DNA of 64,000 nt from an uncultured bacterium (GCA_964631325.1 CAZVWJ010000001.1:31075-95074); one strand, 5' to 3'. Positions 1-10,669 are shown, counted from the first letter of the stretch. Notes: generated by a model from the sequence alone, not told the origin. A program made the numbers and translations.

Positions 1-124
1 GCTCGATCACCCGGTTTCTCCATTTATAGCTAAATTTTACTACCTTTCGTTCCTCAATTGCCAAACATAACGCTTCTCTTATTTCACTGATCTCCATTAT
101 CCTTCACCTCTTTTAGTTATCCGA

Positions 125-823
125 TTACCAGGGGCGGGGCTGCCCGTCATACCCGTAGAACTGTCCGCTTATTTCTCGATCCAGTCCGGAAATTACTTCC
201 CGCATTCCGGAGACTGAAGTCTCCACGTCAACTTTAGCATCCTCTCCGCCCATTCGTGTCTTAACCCAGCCGGGGTGCAGTAAAAGGGTGAAAACCTCGT
301 CCGCTCGAAAATCTTCCGAAATATTTTTGCCCAGCATATTCAAGGCTGCTTTTGAAATACGGTACGGATACGAGCCCCCGCTCCGGTTATCACCAATCGA
401 ACCCATCAGGGAAGTAATAAAAACGATATTTCCACGGGCCGCCTTGACCAGAGGGAAAAGCCGCTGAGTAAGACGGAAGGAGCCAAAACAATTCACATCG
501 ATAATTTCCCTGAGATCTTCAACCTCAAGTTCAAGAAAACTGCTCGTAGAACCATAGGCCCCGGCATTATTTAAAAGTAAATCAAGCCGGCGCTCAATTC
601 GCTCAAGTGTCCGACCCACTGCCTCTACGGAATCCTCATTTGTTATATCCAGTTTCATAATTTTAAGATTTTCAGGATATTCGGACTGGAGTGAAGTAAG
701 CTCTACCGCTTCCCCGGGTTCCCGGGCCGTAGAGTAAACCTGCCACCCGGCTTCCAGATACTGACGAGAAAATTCCAGACCAATACCACGATTACCACCG
801 GTTATCAACACACTGTCACTCAT
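125..823 (-). CDS. Short-chain dehydrogenase/reductase (CsgA C-factor-like)
   Basis: TGGNRGIG Rossmann motif, NNAG, YxxSK (YRISK), HPGWVKTRMGG. Confidence 0.9.
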   Translation of the reverse strand: MSDSVLITGGNRGIGLEFSRQYLEAGWQVYSTAREPGEAVELTSLQSEYPENLKIMKLDITNEDSVEAVGRTLERIERRLDLLLNNAGAYGSTSSFLELEVEDLREIIDVNCFGSFRLTQRLFPLVKAARGNIVFITSLMGSIGDNRSGGSYPYRISKAALNMLGKNISEDFRADEVFTLLLHPGWVKTRMGGEDAKVDVETSVSGMREVISGLDREISGQFYGYDGQPRPW

Positions 824-1139
824 ACTTTTCCTCCCTTAAAAACTACTTCAGGTGTTTAGTGTTTTATATTTTCCAGAAAATTAAAATTAACAGCTAAACT
901 AAGAAATATATTATAACTGATTTAGCGCGGTGAATAAATAATACTCTTGAGAGTAACAGAACTTCAACAGGGTATAATTTTATAATAATTTTTGATATGA
1001 TTGTTAGTTGATGAGGTTTTAATGAATTCTCCCGTTGAAATAATGGGGGTGAGCTTGAAGCAGTTAATATCATTCTAAACTTTCCGTATTTGCGGAAAGT
1101 GTTTGTAATAACTCAATTGATTCTGGAGGTGTCAGAATT

Positions 1140-1697
1140 TTGGAAATTGGAGACTCAGTTGTATATCCACATTACGGAGCAGGCAGGGTGATAGAGAAAA
1201 AAGAAATAGAAAGAGGGAACAAGAAAAAAGAATACCTGGTGATAGAAATATTTCTCAACCAGCAGACTGTCAAGATACCGGAAGATAATCTGGAGGATGT
1301 AGGGGTCAGAGGTTTAACCCCAAAAAAAGAATTTTACGAAAAACTTTCCGAGGTAAAAGAATACATCAGGGAAAACTACGACCCGGAGGAAGGTACCCAT
1401 CCCGAAAAAATCCACCAGCAGACTCTAAAAGCATTACTGAGCGACATCCAGGAAGGTGATTTAGAGCCTGCAATTGAAGGGCTAAAAAAACTCCACACCC
1501 GTTTTTTAGATCAAAAGTTAAACATAACTGAAAAACGGGTTTACGATACAGTGCAACAGTTTCTAAAAGGAGAGTTGATGTGCCTGGAGGACTGGGATTT
1601 AGAAAAAGCCGAAGAAGAATTCAACAAGTATTTGCCTGACTCCCTGGAAGAGCTTACGCCAGACGAACCAAACGACTCAGAAGACAACTCCGATTAG
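1140..1697 (+). CDS. CarD-like/TRCF RNA-polymerase-interacting protein
   Basis: N-terminal GDSVVYPHYGAGRV and TVKIP...VGVR typical of the CarD RID domain; GGAGG RBS before TTG. Confidence 0.8.
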   Translation: MEIGDSVVYPHYGAGRVIEKKEIERGNKKKEYLVIEIFLNQQTVKIPEDNLEDVGVRGLTPKKEFYEKLSEVKEYIRENYDPEEGTHPEKIHQQTLKALLSDIQEGDLEPAIEGLKKLHTRFLDQKLNITEKRVYDTVQQFLKGELMCLEDWDLEKAEEEFNKYLPDSLEELTPDEPNDSEDNSD

Positions 1698-1707
1698 GAC
1701 AAAACTA

Positions 1708-3831
1708 TTAAACTTTCAACTCAAATTCCTCAGGTAAAAATTCAGTTGGAGGACTGTAACGTTTTTTAAGTTGTTTTCGCAGTTTTGTCACTGTCTCATA
1801 ATCCTGGCGCTGAAACTGATACGAAGGAGGTTGATCTTCTGAGCCTCGCCTATATTTCATCTTTTGCTCTTTTAAAAATTCTTTTTCCTCGTCCGGTAAA
1901 GGTCGATTAAAAGAAAGTTTAAACCTGTAGCAATCCACTTCCCCTACTTCTACTTCCTCAATTTCGGAAAGTTTAATAACCGGCTCAACTTTATCCTGTA
2001 ATTTTTCAATCCACTCACTGGTTTTTCCCTTGGACTTTAAAACATCCTCCGGAATAGAATGATTGGTTTCGCGACCCAAGCTTTTTAAATATTTCAACTG
2101 GGCCGGAGTTGGCCGGTCACCGCTTAGCCAATTTTTTTCTTGAGATTGCTTATAGGGCTCTTCCAACCAGTTAAATTCCGCAGCCAGAAAATCTTCATAA
2201 CTACTTTCACCGGCTTCTATCCTGTCAAGTTCCTCCTCCATCCGGGCGGTGTATTCGTAAGAAATAACCTGACGATAATTGTCCCGCAGATACTCACACA
2301 ATTCATGGCCGCGGTCCGTGGGTCGCAGCTTTCCCCGAACCTTTCGAACATATCCAAACCCACCCTGGCCTTTTTTGATTTTGGCAAGGATATTTCCATA
2401 AGTTGACGGACGACCAATCCCCCTATTTTTAAGTTCACTGACGAGACTCCCCTCCCGATAACGAGGTGGTGGATACGTCTGTTCGGGCTCAGGCCAGGCC
2501 CTTTTTACTCCCAGACTGTCCCCTTTATTCAACCCGGGAATTTCAGTTTCTTCCCAGCCATAATTTTCGCGTAAACGCCTGTATAATTGTAAAAAACCCG
2601 TGTTTTCCAACAGATGTCCTTCGACGGCCGCAATTAACTCCCGCGAACTCAACTCCACTTTGGTAGTCTCATACCGAGCCGGTCTGGCCTGCGAAGAGAG
2701 AAAACGAAAATAGATCAAATTGTAGAGTTCCCAGAGGGGCTCATCCAGTTCTTCTTTTAAATTTTCAGGGTAAACTTTAACCTCTTCGGGCGCTGTCGGT
2801 CGGATTGCTTCGTGAGCATCCTGTTCAGCTCCCCGGGGCTTCCACGGACGGCCCTTATATAAATCGGAGTCAAATCTTGCGTTCAAAGCTTCCTTTGCCT
2901 GATTTAACGCCTGCGGCGAAACACGGGTTGAATCCGTCCGCATATAAGTAATCAAAGCACGCGGTTTTCCCTCCACCTGGACTCCCTGGTAAAGCTCCTG
3001 AGCCAGCGACATTGTCATCTCCGGGGTAAACCCCAACAACTCATCAGCATCGGCCTGCAGAGAATCAGTTGTATAAGGCGGCGGCGGATTTAACTTGTCC
3101 TCCGGATCAACTTCATACTCCTGCACCTGCATACTTCCGTGCTGATTTAAATTATCTATCTGCTCTTTTATTGCTTCAAAGTCCTCCCATTCTTCAGCCG
3201 CCACGGCCTCCAGTTTATCTCCATCAAATTCCAGTGCGATGTGCAATTTCCAGTAACGACGGGAGGTGAACTCTTCAATCTCATCCTCACGATCAACTAC
3301 TAACGAGACGGCCGGACACATCACCCGCCCCGCTGCGGGCAGTCCCGGACCCGCCGGATCAAATTGGGTCATTGCCGAGATAATAAAACCAATTAATCTA
3401 TCCAGAACTCGGCGGGCCCGCTGGGCTTCAACGCGATTTTCATCTATTTCCCGGGGATTTTCCAGAGCCTCTTTAACCGCCCGATAAACAATTGCATTAA
3501 ATTCAATCCGTTTGACCGCGGCTGAACCAGGTAAACAACGCTCAAACAGGTCGGCGGCGATTGCCTCCCCTTCCCTGTCCGGATCAGTTGCCAGGTAGAT
3601 TTCATCGGCCTCTGCGAGCTGTTCCCTGACCCGCTCTACTTTATTCTGGCCGCGAAAATAGATAGGCTCCAGGCGAGAAGAAAAATTATCCTCAACATCA
3701 ATTCCCAGTTCATCATCGGGTAAATCAACGATATGCCCTCCACAGGCAATAACCTCGTATTCCCCGGCCAGAAACCGGCGAATAGTCTTTGTCTTTGCAG
3801 CTGATTCTACAACTATAAATTTTTCCATCAT
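1708..3831 (-). CDS. topA: Type IA DNA topoisomerase (topoisomerase I-like, no Zn ribbons)
   Basis: VES..K, ATDPDREGE Toprim, ITYMRTDS catalytic Tyr, AHEAIRPT, GIGRPSTY. Confidence 0.9.
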   Translation of the reverse strand: MMEKFIVVESAAKTKTIRRFLAGEYEVIACGGHIVDLPDDELGIDVEDNFSSRLEPIYFRGQNKVERVREQLAEADEIYLATDPDREGEAIAADLFERCLPGSAAVKRIEFNAIVYRAVKEALENPREIDENRVEAQRARRVLDRLIGFIISAMTQFDPAGPGLPAAGRVMCPAVSLVVDREDEIEEFTSRRYWKLHIALEFDGDKLEAVAAEEWEDFEAIKEQIDNLNQHGSMQVQEYEVDPEDKLNPPPPYTTDSLQADADELLGFTPEMTMSLAQELYQGVQVEGKPRALITYMRTDSTRVSPQALNQAKEALNARFDSDLYKGRPWKPRGAEQDAHEAIRPTAPEEVKVYPENLKEELDEPLWELYNLIYFRFLSSQARPARYETTKVELSSRELIAAVEGHLLENTGFLQLYRRLRENYGWEETEIPGLNKGDSLGVKRAWPEPEQTYPPPRYREGSLVSELKNRGIGRPSTYGNILAKIKKGQGGFGYVRKVRGKLRPTDRGHELCEYLRDNYRQVISYEYTARMEEELDRIEAGESSYEDFLAAEFNWLEEPYKQSQEKNWLSGDRPTPAQLKYLKSLGRETNHSIPEDVLKSKGKTSEWIEKLQDKVEPVIKLSEIEEVEVGEVDCYRFKLSFNRPLPDEEKEFLKEQKMKYRRGSEDQPPSYQFQRQDYETVTKLRKQLKKRYSPPTEFLPEEFELKV

Positions 3832-3867
3832 AACACACCTTATTCTTATAGTATTTTTCAGAATTTA

Positions 3868-4077
3868 GGCTTTGTAGAAACCCCTTTTAGCTATCTGTTT
3901 CTCACAAAAATTGAGGCTTAAACCCTTCGAAGACGGATTTATCGAAATATATAGCCCCTGGAGGGGCTGGTTATATATTTCGATACCTCGGAGCCCAGCA
4001 GTCAATCAGGGAGTTGCAGAGTAAATCCTATAGTTCGCTCTGGTGGCGCCCGATTGACTGCTGGGCGAGAATGAATC
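3868..4077. repeat. Partial copy of a MITE-like hairpin-rich repeat (inverted relative to 23004-23260)
   Basis: Colinear with the reverse complement of 23051-23260; starts GGCTTTGTAGAAACCC; hairpins at 3941-3984 and 3994-4065; second TIR missing. Confidence 0.8.
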
Positions 4078-4353
4078 CGGAGAGTTATGTGTTCTTCGAT
4101 AACAATAGCTTAATTTAGGTCTAATAGTATTTTTCAAAATTACGGAACAATTAAAATTGCCCTCCAAGCGGGAGACAACCGGGGGCTTTAAACATAGTCA
4201 GTCCGGGGAAACTACTTTTTGTCCGGAAAAGAAACAGGTTGAAGAAAACCTACTTCAACAGGAAAAGGGGAGTAGTAAACAAAATGCACAGCTTCACAGC
4301 GGGATGGGCATACTTCTCTGCTCACTAATAGCTGGCAAAAAGTATTTTACCAC

Positions 4354-4545
4354 TCAATCAAGTCCTTTTAATTCCCGGGGGTCAGATTCCCCCATTAACA
4401 TCTTGCAGATGTTTTTATAACCAATCGACCGGTTCCGCTTGAACAAATCAACGAAATCCTCGTATGCGTCAGGAAATTTCATCTTCAAACTTTCCAGTTC
4501 ATTTTCCACCCGTTCCAGCTCTTCAAGGGGAGCTTCTGCAGCCAC
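4354..4545 (-). CDS. Small acidic hypothetical protein (63 aa)
   Basis: AAGGAGG RBS before GTG; protein-like composition. Confidence 0.7.
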   Translation of the reverse strand: MAAEAPLEELERVENELESLKMKFPDAYEDFVDLFKRNRSIGYKNICKMLMGESDPRELKGLD

Positions 4546-4711
4546 AATTAAAACCTCCTTTTAAAATTACTCCTCGTTCCATGTAAAATACACTTTAATA
4601 AATAAATCTTCTCCACGCAACTAATACTTCACAGAGACGGTTCCTTTCACCCGGGGGGACTATGATAAAATATGGCCGTTAATAAAAAAATAACCGCAGG
4701 AGGGATTACTG

Positions 4712-5626
4712 ATGCACGAGTTAAATATACTACTGGACAGAGAAATAATGCCCTACCATTTGCCGTTTCTGTACGGCCGGCATAAAGATAAGTTCACCTC
4801 AGAGAATATCAATCTCAACCTGGAAACCCCGGAGACTATTTATCCGGAGCTCTCCCCCCTGGTTGAGGCAGACTACCACTTCGCTCTGACTACGCCTCTC
4901 CGGCTGGTCCATGACTTCTTGCAGGATATACCAGTGGTCGGGCTGGCTCGAATTCTCACCACCCAGGCCGGCTTTATTTACAACACGGAAGAGTTAGAAA
5001 CACCGGCGGATATCCGGGCGGACAACCAGGTTGCTACATACAATCTTTCAGAAGAAGTAGCGAGCGCCTTGCTTGAACGGCTCCAGGCCGAAAGCGGTGC
5101 AAACGTGACTCCCGAACTAAAGCCGGCCGCGGAAGAAACCACTGAATTACTGAACCGGCTCCGAGAAAATAAGCTCCAGCTCCTGGGGCCGGCAAATATT
5201 CTCCCGGAAGGGATAATTATGCAGGCCAAAGATATCCCCGGGGATTTTTGGTTTTTTAACGATTTTAACCTGCCGAAAAACGGCCAGCTCATTCTCGTGG
5301 CTCCCCGGGAATTTACCAACAGCTCGCCCAATTTAATCCGGAACTTTGTCGGCGCCCTCCACGATATCATAGAAGAAATAGAAGCAAATCCTGAGTCGGC
5401 CGGGGATTTTTACCGGGCTAACTATACTCGCCCGGAACAGGAAAAATTCCTCACCCTCCTGCTAAACAGCAGTATAAACTGTCTGACTACCAGTTTTTCC
5501 CAGGAACATGAAATATATACCGCCTGGGGAGAATTTCTAACCGAAAACAGCTCTGCCTCCGGCTACCTTAACTTTGACCAGCTTCTCGACGAAAGATTTA
5601 TTCCACTGGATACCCTGGAATTTTAA
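4712..5626 (+). CDS. ABC transporter substrate-binding protein, NMT1/THI5-like
   Basis: N-terminal LD...PYHLPFLYG pattern and C-terminal helical arrangement typical of the NMT1 family; RBS GGAGG. Confidence 0.6.
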   Translation: MHELNILLDREIMPYHLPFLYGRHKDKFTSENINLNLETPETIYPELSPLVEADYHFALTTPLRLVHDFLQDIPVVGLARILTTQAGFIYNTEELETPADIRADNQVATYNLSEEVASALLERLQAESGANVTPELKPAAEETTELLNRLRENKLQLLGPANILPEGIIMQAKDIPGDFWFFNDFNLPKNGQLILVAPREFTNSSPNLIRNFVGALHDIIEEIEANPESAGDFYRANYTRPEQEKFLTLLLNSSINCLTTSFSQEHEIYTAWGEFLTENSSASGYLNFDQLLDERFIPLDTLEF

Positions 5627-5635
5627 GCCGGTCTC

Positions 5636-6418
5636 TTAACTCTCCACCACAGGCCAGTAGCGATCTTCGATCCGCCGGGGAGAAATTGGCGAATCGTAAA
5701 GCTCACTGAGGACTTTTTGATTCAAAATTTCTTCTTTTTTCCCCCGGGCCACCACCTCTCCGTCTTCCAGGGCGAGGACCCGGGAAAAAATCGGTATTAT
5801 CTCTTCCACGTGGTGGGTAATTAAAATTATCCCCACTTCCTGGCGGCTTTTTTCAGCCCGGTCGAGAAAAGCCAGGAAATTCTCGCGCTGGCCGGGATCC
5901 AGCCCCGCGCACGGTTCATCGAGGACCAGCAGATAAGGTTCGGCCATCATCGCTCGCGCTACTAAAACTATCTGTTTTTCTCCCTGGGAAAGCTGGCTGA
6001 ACTTTTTCTCAGCCAGCCCGGAAGCATCAAAATTAGCAAGAATTTCCAGGGCCGCCTGCCGGTCTGATTCTTGTTCTCTGAAGATACTCCTCGTAGTCGC
6101 ATATCGCCCGGTTATTATCGTAGTAAGCGTCTTTTGATTCGCCGGAAACTTTTCCCGCAATTCAGCGGAAATCCACCCTATACTCTTCCATAATTCCCGC
6201 ATGTTCGGCCGCAACTCCCCCTGGCGGATTACTTCACCACCCCGGTTGGGCCAGAGATAACCACAGGCGATTCGAACCAGGGTCGTCTTCCCCGCTCCGT
6301 TGGGCCCGATAATCGCCCAGTTTTCGCCCCGGTCTACCGCCCAGTCAATTCCGGTTAAAACTTCTTCGCCGTCAAACCGGTGGCTGATATTTTGTAACTT
6401 GAGAAATTCGTCGGCCAT
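5636..6418 (-). CDS. ABC transporter ATP-binding protein (ModF/YlmA-like)
   Basis: GPNGAGKT, LSQGE, LVLDEP, ITHH. Confidence 0.9.
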   Translation of the reverse strand: MADEFLKLQNISHRFDGEEVLTGIDWAVDRGENWAIIGPNGAGKTTLVRIACGYLWPNRGGEVIRQGELRPNMRELWKSIGWISAELREKFPANQKTLTTIITGRYATTRSIFREQESDRQAALEILANFDASGLAEKKFSQLSQGEKQIVLVARAMMAEPYLLVLDEPCAGLDPGQRENFLAFLDRAEKSRQEVGIILITHHVEEIIPIFSRVLALEDGEVVARGKKEEILNQKVLSELYDSPISPRRIEDRYWPVVES

Positions 6419-6423
6419 TTATC

Positions 6424-8028
6424 TCAGTCTACATCCCGGTGCAGTGGCGCCGTGTCGTGAAATTCCAGTTCCGGGTGATCCTGTTTGTCCCGCTGGAAAG
6501 TAAATTCTGTTTTAAACAAAAGCAGGGGATAGCCGTCCTTGTCCGCTAATAACTTGCGGTAAGCGCCGGAATCAAATTTCTCCGGCTCCAGGTCTTCGCC
6601 CTCGATCCAGCGAGCCAGCTTGAAGGGAAGCGTTTCTAACCGTGTTTCCACGCCGTATTCTTCCTCCAACCGGTATTGCAAAACCTCAAGCTGGAGTTGA
6701 CCGACAACTCCGACAATTGTGCCGCTTACCCCGTGCTGCCAGGGTTCAAAGAGCTGAACCGCTCCTTCCTCGGACAATTCTTCCAGCCCTTGTTTGAGAT
6801 GCTTCTTTTTAAACGCATCTTCACTCTTTATCCTGGCAAAATGTTCCGGTGAGAACCGGGGGACCTCGTTAAACTGAACCTGGCTGCCGCTAGAAAGTGA
6901 ATCTCCGATGTGAAAAATCCCCGGGTCAAACAGTCCGACAACGTCGCCGGGATAAGCTTTTTCCACAATCTCCCGTTCCTCGGCCATAAACTGGCGCGGC
7001 TGGGAGAGTTTTATTTCCTTCCCACTACGGACAATTTCCGCTTTCATATCCTTCTCAAATACCCCACTGCAGATTCGCATAAAAGCCAGTCGATCGCGGT
7101 GATTGGGGTCCATGTTGGCCTGGATTTTAAAAATATAACCGCTGAACTCCCCACTTTCCGGATTTACCCCACCCCGGGAGCGCGGCGGCGGGGCCAGCTC
7201 CACAAATTTATCCAAAAAAGAGCGTACACCGATATTTGTCTGGGCACTGCCAAAAAACATCGGAGCCTGCTGACCCTGCAGGAATTTTTCCTCGGAAAAT
7301 TCGTTACCCGCTACTTCCAGCAGTTCAATTTCCTCGCGAATTTTTCCGGCCAGGTCCTCCCCTAACTTTTCTTCCACTTCCGGAGCGGCAGCATCTACTT
7401 CCTCCCGTTCTAATTTTTCCTGACCGTGCGACTCGTCCCGGGCAAAGAAGATTGCTTTTTTCAACTGCCGGTCATAGATTCCCTGGAAATTTTTCCCCAT
7501 CCCCAGCGGCCAGTTGGCGGGATACAGGGTGACCCCCAGTTCCGATTCAATCTGGTCGATTAGTTCGAGTGGTTCCAGGCCAAACTGGTCCATCTTGTTA
7601 ACAAAAATAAAAAACGGAATAGAATGCCGGCGGCAGAATTTAAATAATTTCCGGGTCTGTTTCTCAACCCCGCTGGTCCCGTCAATAATTATCACCGCGC
7701 TGTCCGCGGCGACCAGCGTCCGGTAGGTATCCGCACTAAAATCGGCGTGGCCGGGTGTATCCAGTAGATTAATGTGCTGGTCATTGTGGTTAAACTGCAG
7801 AACACTGGAAGTGATGGAAATGCCCCGTTCTTTTTCCATGTCCATCCAATCGGAAGTTGCGTAACTATCGGCCTTGCGGCTCTTGACTGAACCGGCGCGG
7901 TGAATAGTGCCGCTGTACAACAACAATTTTTCAGTTAACGTAGTCTTCCCGGCGTCCGGGTGAGCAATAATAGCGGCTGTCCGCCGCCGGGCAATTTCTT
8001 CTTTCGACGTCTTACTCATCAGAGACAA
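6424..8028 (-). CDS. prfC: Peptide chain release factor 3
   Basis: RRTAAIIAHPDAGKTT, EKERGISITSS, DTPGH, NKMD, GVVGQLQ. Confidence 0.97.
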   Translation of the reverse strand: MSLMSKTSKEEIARRRTAAIIAHPDAGKTTLTEKLLLYSGTIHRAGSVKSRKADSYATSDWMDMEKERGISITSSVLQFNHNDQHINLLDTPGHADFSADTYRTLVAADSAVIIIDGTSGVEKQTRKLFKFCRRHSIPFFIFVNKMDQFGLEPLELIDQIESELGVTLYPANWPLGMGKNFQGIYDRQLKKAIFFARDESHGQEKLEREEVDAAAPEVEEKLGEDLAGKIREEIELLEVAGNEFSEEKFLQGQQAPMFFGSAQTNIGVRSFLDKFVELAPPPRSRGGVNPESGEFSGYIFKIQANMDPNHRDRLAFMRICSGVFEKDMKAEIVRSGKEIKLSQPRQFMAEEREIVEKAYPGDVVGLFDPGIFHIGDSLSSGSQVQFNEVPRFSPEHFARIKSEDAFKKKHLKQGLEELSEEGAVQLFEPWQHGVSGTIVGVVGQLQLEVLQYRLEEEYGVETRLETLPFKLARWIEGEDLEPEKFDSGAYRKLLADKDGYPLLLFKTEFTFQRDKQDHPELEFHDTAPLHRDVD

Positions 8029-8067
8029 ACCTCAAAGTAATAATTATGTTTGAACCTGTACTACAAC

Positions 8068-8114
8068 AAACCCCTGCAATACTGAACAATTGTTCAGGTG
8101 TGCAGGGGTTTTTT
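8068..8114 (-). terminator. Long hairpin, probable intrinsic terminator after aroC
   Basis: AAACCCCTGCA (8068-78) pairs with TGCAGGGGTTT (8101-11), enclosing the palindrome CTGAACAATTGTTCAG; T-rich tails on both sides. Confidence 0.7.
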
Positions 8115-9210
8115 AGGAGTTGGAATTTCCTGTCTGGCCCCGCTGTTGAAGGGCACAATCCGCAAGCACCAGGGCCAACTCAGCCTCAACGATCGGCACT
8201 GCCCGGGGCAGTACACAGGGATCGTGCCGGCCGCCGGCTTCGAGCGTAACTTCCTCCCCGGCGGAGTTTACGGTTTGCTGGGGCCTGGATATCGTCGGCA
8301 CCGGCTTGAAGGCGACCCGGCCGTGGAGGGGCATCCCGTTGCTAATCCCGCCCTGGATTCCCCCGCTGTTATTAGTGGCGGTCTGAATTTCGCCTGCTTG
8401 CTCGACAAATTCGTCGTTGTGTTCACTGCCGGTTAATTCGGTGCCGGCAAAACCACTGCCAATATCGACCCCCTTGGCCGCGGGAATCGAGAGCAAATAT
8501 TTTCCTAACTGCGCTTCCAGCTTATCAAATACCGGTTCTCCCCAGCCGGCCCGCATATTACGGGCCACGAACTTTATCGTCCCCCCGAAGGAATCACCGG
8601 CTTCCTGGGCAGTTTCTATTTTCTCGATTATGGCGTCGCTTACTACGCTGTCCGGACAGCGCACCCGGGAGGCTTCCACCGCTTCCCGGGTCACCGTATT
8701 GAGCTTTACGGCATCAGCTTTTAGCTTGTGAACAGAATTCACCCAGGCAATTATTTCCAACCCGAATTCCGCAATCAGCCACTTGCGGGCCACGGCCCCG
8801 GCCGCAACCCGGGCCGCAGTCTCCCGCGCACTGGCCCGCCCTCCGCCCATCCAGTTTCTCAACCCGTATTTGGCCTCGTAAGTCATATCCGCGTGAGAGG
8901 GACGGTAAATATCTTTTCTTTCTTCGTATTCCTCCGGGCGGGCATCCTTATTTTCCAGGCGCAGACTTATCGGCGTACCCAGCGTTTTCCCTTCAAACAG
9001 GCCGCTCATCACCTGCACTTCATCCGCTTCCCGCCGGCCACTACTCAGCTCATCCTGCCCGGGTTTCCGGCGGTCCAACTCACCCTGGATGTCATCTACC
9101 TCCAACTCTAACCCGGGCGGACAACCGTCAATTACAGCGCCCACACTCGGTCCGTGACTCTCTCCCCAGGTCATGACTTTAAACATTTTACCGCGACAAT
9201 TTCCGGGCAT
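8113..9210 (-). CDS. aroC: Chorismate synthase
   Basis: [29 protein letters not shown]; ATG at 9210 has a GGAG RBS. Confidence 0.97.
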   Translation of the reverse strand: MPGNCRGKMFKVMTWGESHGPSVGAVIDGCPPGLELEVDDIQGELDRRKPGQDELSSGRREADEVQVMSGLFEGKTLGTPISLRLENKDARPEEYEERKDIYRPSHADMTYEAKYGLRNWMGGGRASARETAARVAAGAVARKWLIAEFGLEIIAWVNSVHKLKADAVKLNTVTREAVEASRVRCPDSVVSDAIIEKIETAQEAGDSFGGTIKFVARNMRAGWGEPVFDKLEAQLGKYLLSIPAAKGVDIGSGFAGTELTGSEHNDEFVEQAGEIQTATNNSGGIQGGISNGMPLHGRVAFKPVPTISRPQQTVNSAGEEVTLEAGGRHDPCVLPRAVPIVEAELALVLADCALQQRGQTGNSNS

Positions 9211-9356
9211 AATTAACACTCCAGCTCCAAAAATATTTTATTAAAGTTTTATCACCACTGAAAAAGTGGTATTATTTTAACAACAATTTAAAATAGTAAG
9301 AAGTGCTTCATTGATTACTCCTTAAATCTTGTTATCTCTGGGAGGTATTTTTAAAA

Positions 9357-9518
9357 ATGGAAAAATATGTCTGCACGGTTTGCGGTTACATATACGATCC
9401 CGATGAAGGTGATCCGGACGGCGACGTTGAGCCGGGGACAGCGTTTGAAGACATCCCCGAGGACTGGGTCTGCCCGGTCTGCGGCGTCGGCAAAGAAGAT
9501 TTTGAACCGTATGAATAA
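9357..9518 (+). CDS. Rubredoxin (53 aa, below ORF-track cutoff)
   Basis: Manual translation [53 protein letters not shown]; two CxxCG motifs; GGAGG RBS. Confidence 0.97.
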   Translation: MEKYVCTVCGYIYDPDEGDPDGDVEPGTAFEDIPEDWVCPVCGVGKEDFEPYE

Positions 9519-9540
9519 ACTACCCGGATAAAATTGCTTA

Positions 9541-10269
9541 TTAAAAAGTTGGGGTGATTGTTTTCTTCTTGATTTTTTTAGGGAAGAAAACAATTTCAAC
9601 CCGGCGATTCTTTCGCCGGGCAGTGGGAGTTGTGTTTGGTTTAATCGGATGATGGTCACCAAGCCCGGCGACAATAAAGCGGTCGGGTAAAATTCCATAT
9701 TCCTGGGTCAAAAACTGGACCACGCTAACTGACCGGGCCGCAGAGAGATGCCAGTTACTTGGAAACCGGGAGCCCGGCAAAACAGGGATGGTGTCAGCAT
9801 GACCCTGGACCATAATTCTCCGGTCTGAATATTTTTCAATCACTTTGGCTATTTTTCTAAGTGTCTTACGGGCGCCTGGCTTAAGTTGGTATTCTCCGAG
9901 GTCAAATAAAATCTTCGCCTGCAGAGAAACCACCACGTTTTGGCCCTCCCGCCGGGTAGTCACCTTTTTTACGTTTGAAAGTGATTCCTCTAACTGATTA
10001 TTTTTTTTACGCAAACCGGAGAGCTTATTATCCCGAGTGGCCACCTTTTCTTCCAGGCTCTTTTTCAAAGTTTTAACGTCAGCCACTTTATTTTTATACT
10101 GCTTCTTTAAATTTTTGTTTTTCTCGCGCAATTCTCGGTTCTCTTTCCGGATTTTTTCTAATTTACTTTTCTTCACCAAGTTTTTCTTAGAGGCACAGCC
10201 GGAAAATAATAAGAGAAAGGGCAAAATAAATATAGCCAGAATAGATTTCAAAGAATTACGAGCAAACAT
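9541..10269 (-). CDS. OmpA/MotB-family lipoprotein with coiled-coil
   Basis: Lipobox LFSG-C, coiled-coil, GHAD..P, SNWHLSAARS, NRRVEI; ATG at 10269 has a GGAGG RBS. Confidence 0.85.
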   Translation of the reverse strand: MFARNSLKSILAIFILPFLLLFSGCASKKNLVKKSKLEKIRKENRELREKNKNLKKQYKNKVADVKTLKKSLEEKVATRDNKLSGLRKKNNQLEESLSNVKKVTTRREGQNVVVSLQAKILFDLGEYQLKPGARKTLRKIAKVIEKYSDRRIMVQGHADTIPVLPGSRFPSNWHLSAARSVSVVQFLTQEYGILPDRFIVAGLGDHHPIKPNTTPTARRKNRRVEIVFFPKKIKKKTITPTF

Positions 10270-10375
10270 GATAAAACCTCCACAACTAATTTCCGCGGTA
10301 ACCACAGGCAACTTCAATTTTTCAAAACAATAAATTTATAGAACAATCACCCTTAATTCAAGCATAAATTTTAAA

Positions 10376-10669
10376 TCACAATCCCCTTCCGGTCAATTCC
10401 AGAACCAAAAAACACATAACTTCAAAATCAGCCTCCACTACTTGTGCCTGAATCCCGTGCGCTTTGAGCTTACTCCGGTAAACCTGGGCCACAATAGGAT
10501 TCCAGAATTTTTCCACTACGACGGGATCACCAGCGGAATCTTTCATTTGCTCTCATTCCATTTGAACAGGAAGCTCATACCAGTGATAGCAAAAATACAG
10601 GGAACCTCCACCTACCAGAAGCACAATTACCGCAAAACATGAAACCACCAGCTTAGAAGGATTCCTCAT
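10376..10669 (-). pseudogene. Possible interrupted small membrane protein with a DUF2007-like segment
   Basis: 38-aa TM ORF (10669-10553), an in-frame TGA, then 56-aa ORF MKDSAGDPVVVEKFWNPIVAQVYRSKLKAHGIQAQV... Confidence 0.3.

Noticed and set aside
4157-4420. 87-aa plus-strand ORF
   Set aside because: No RBS or recognisable motif; overlaps the better-supported minus-strand small gene.
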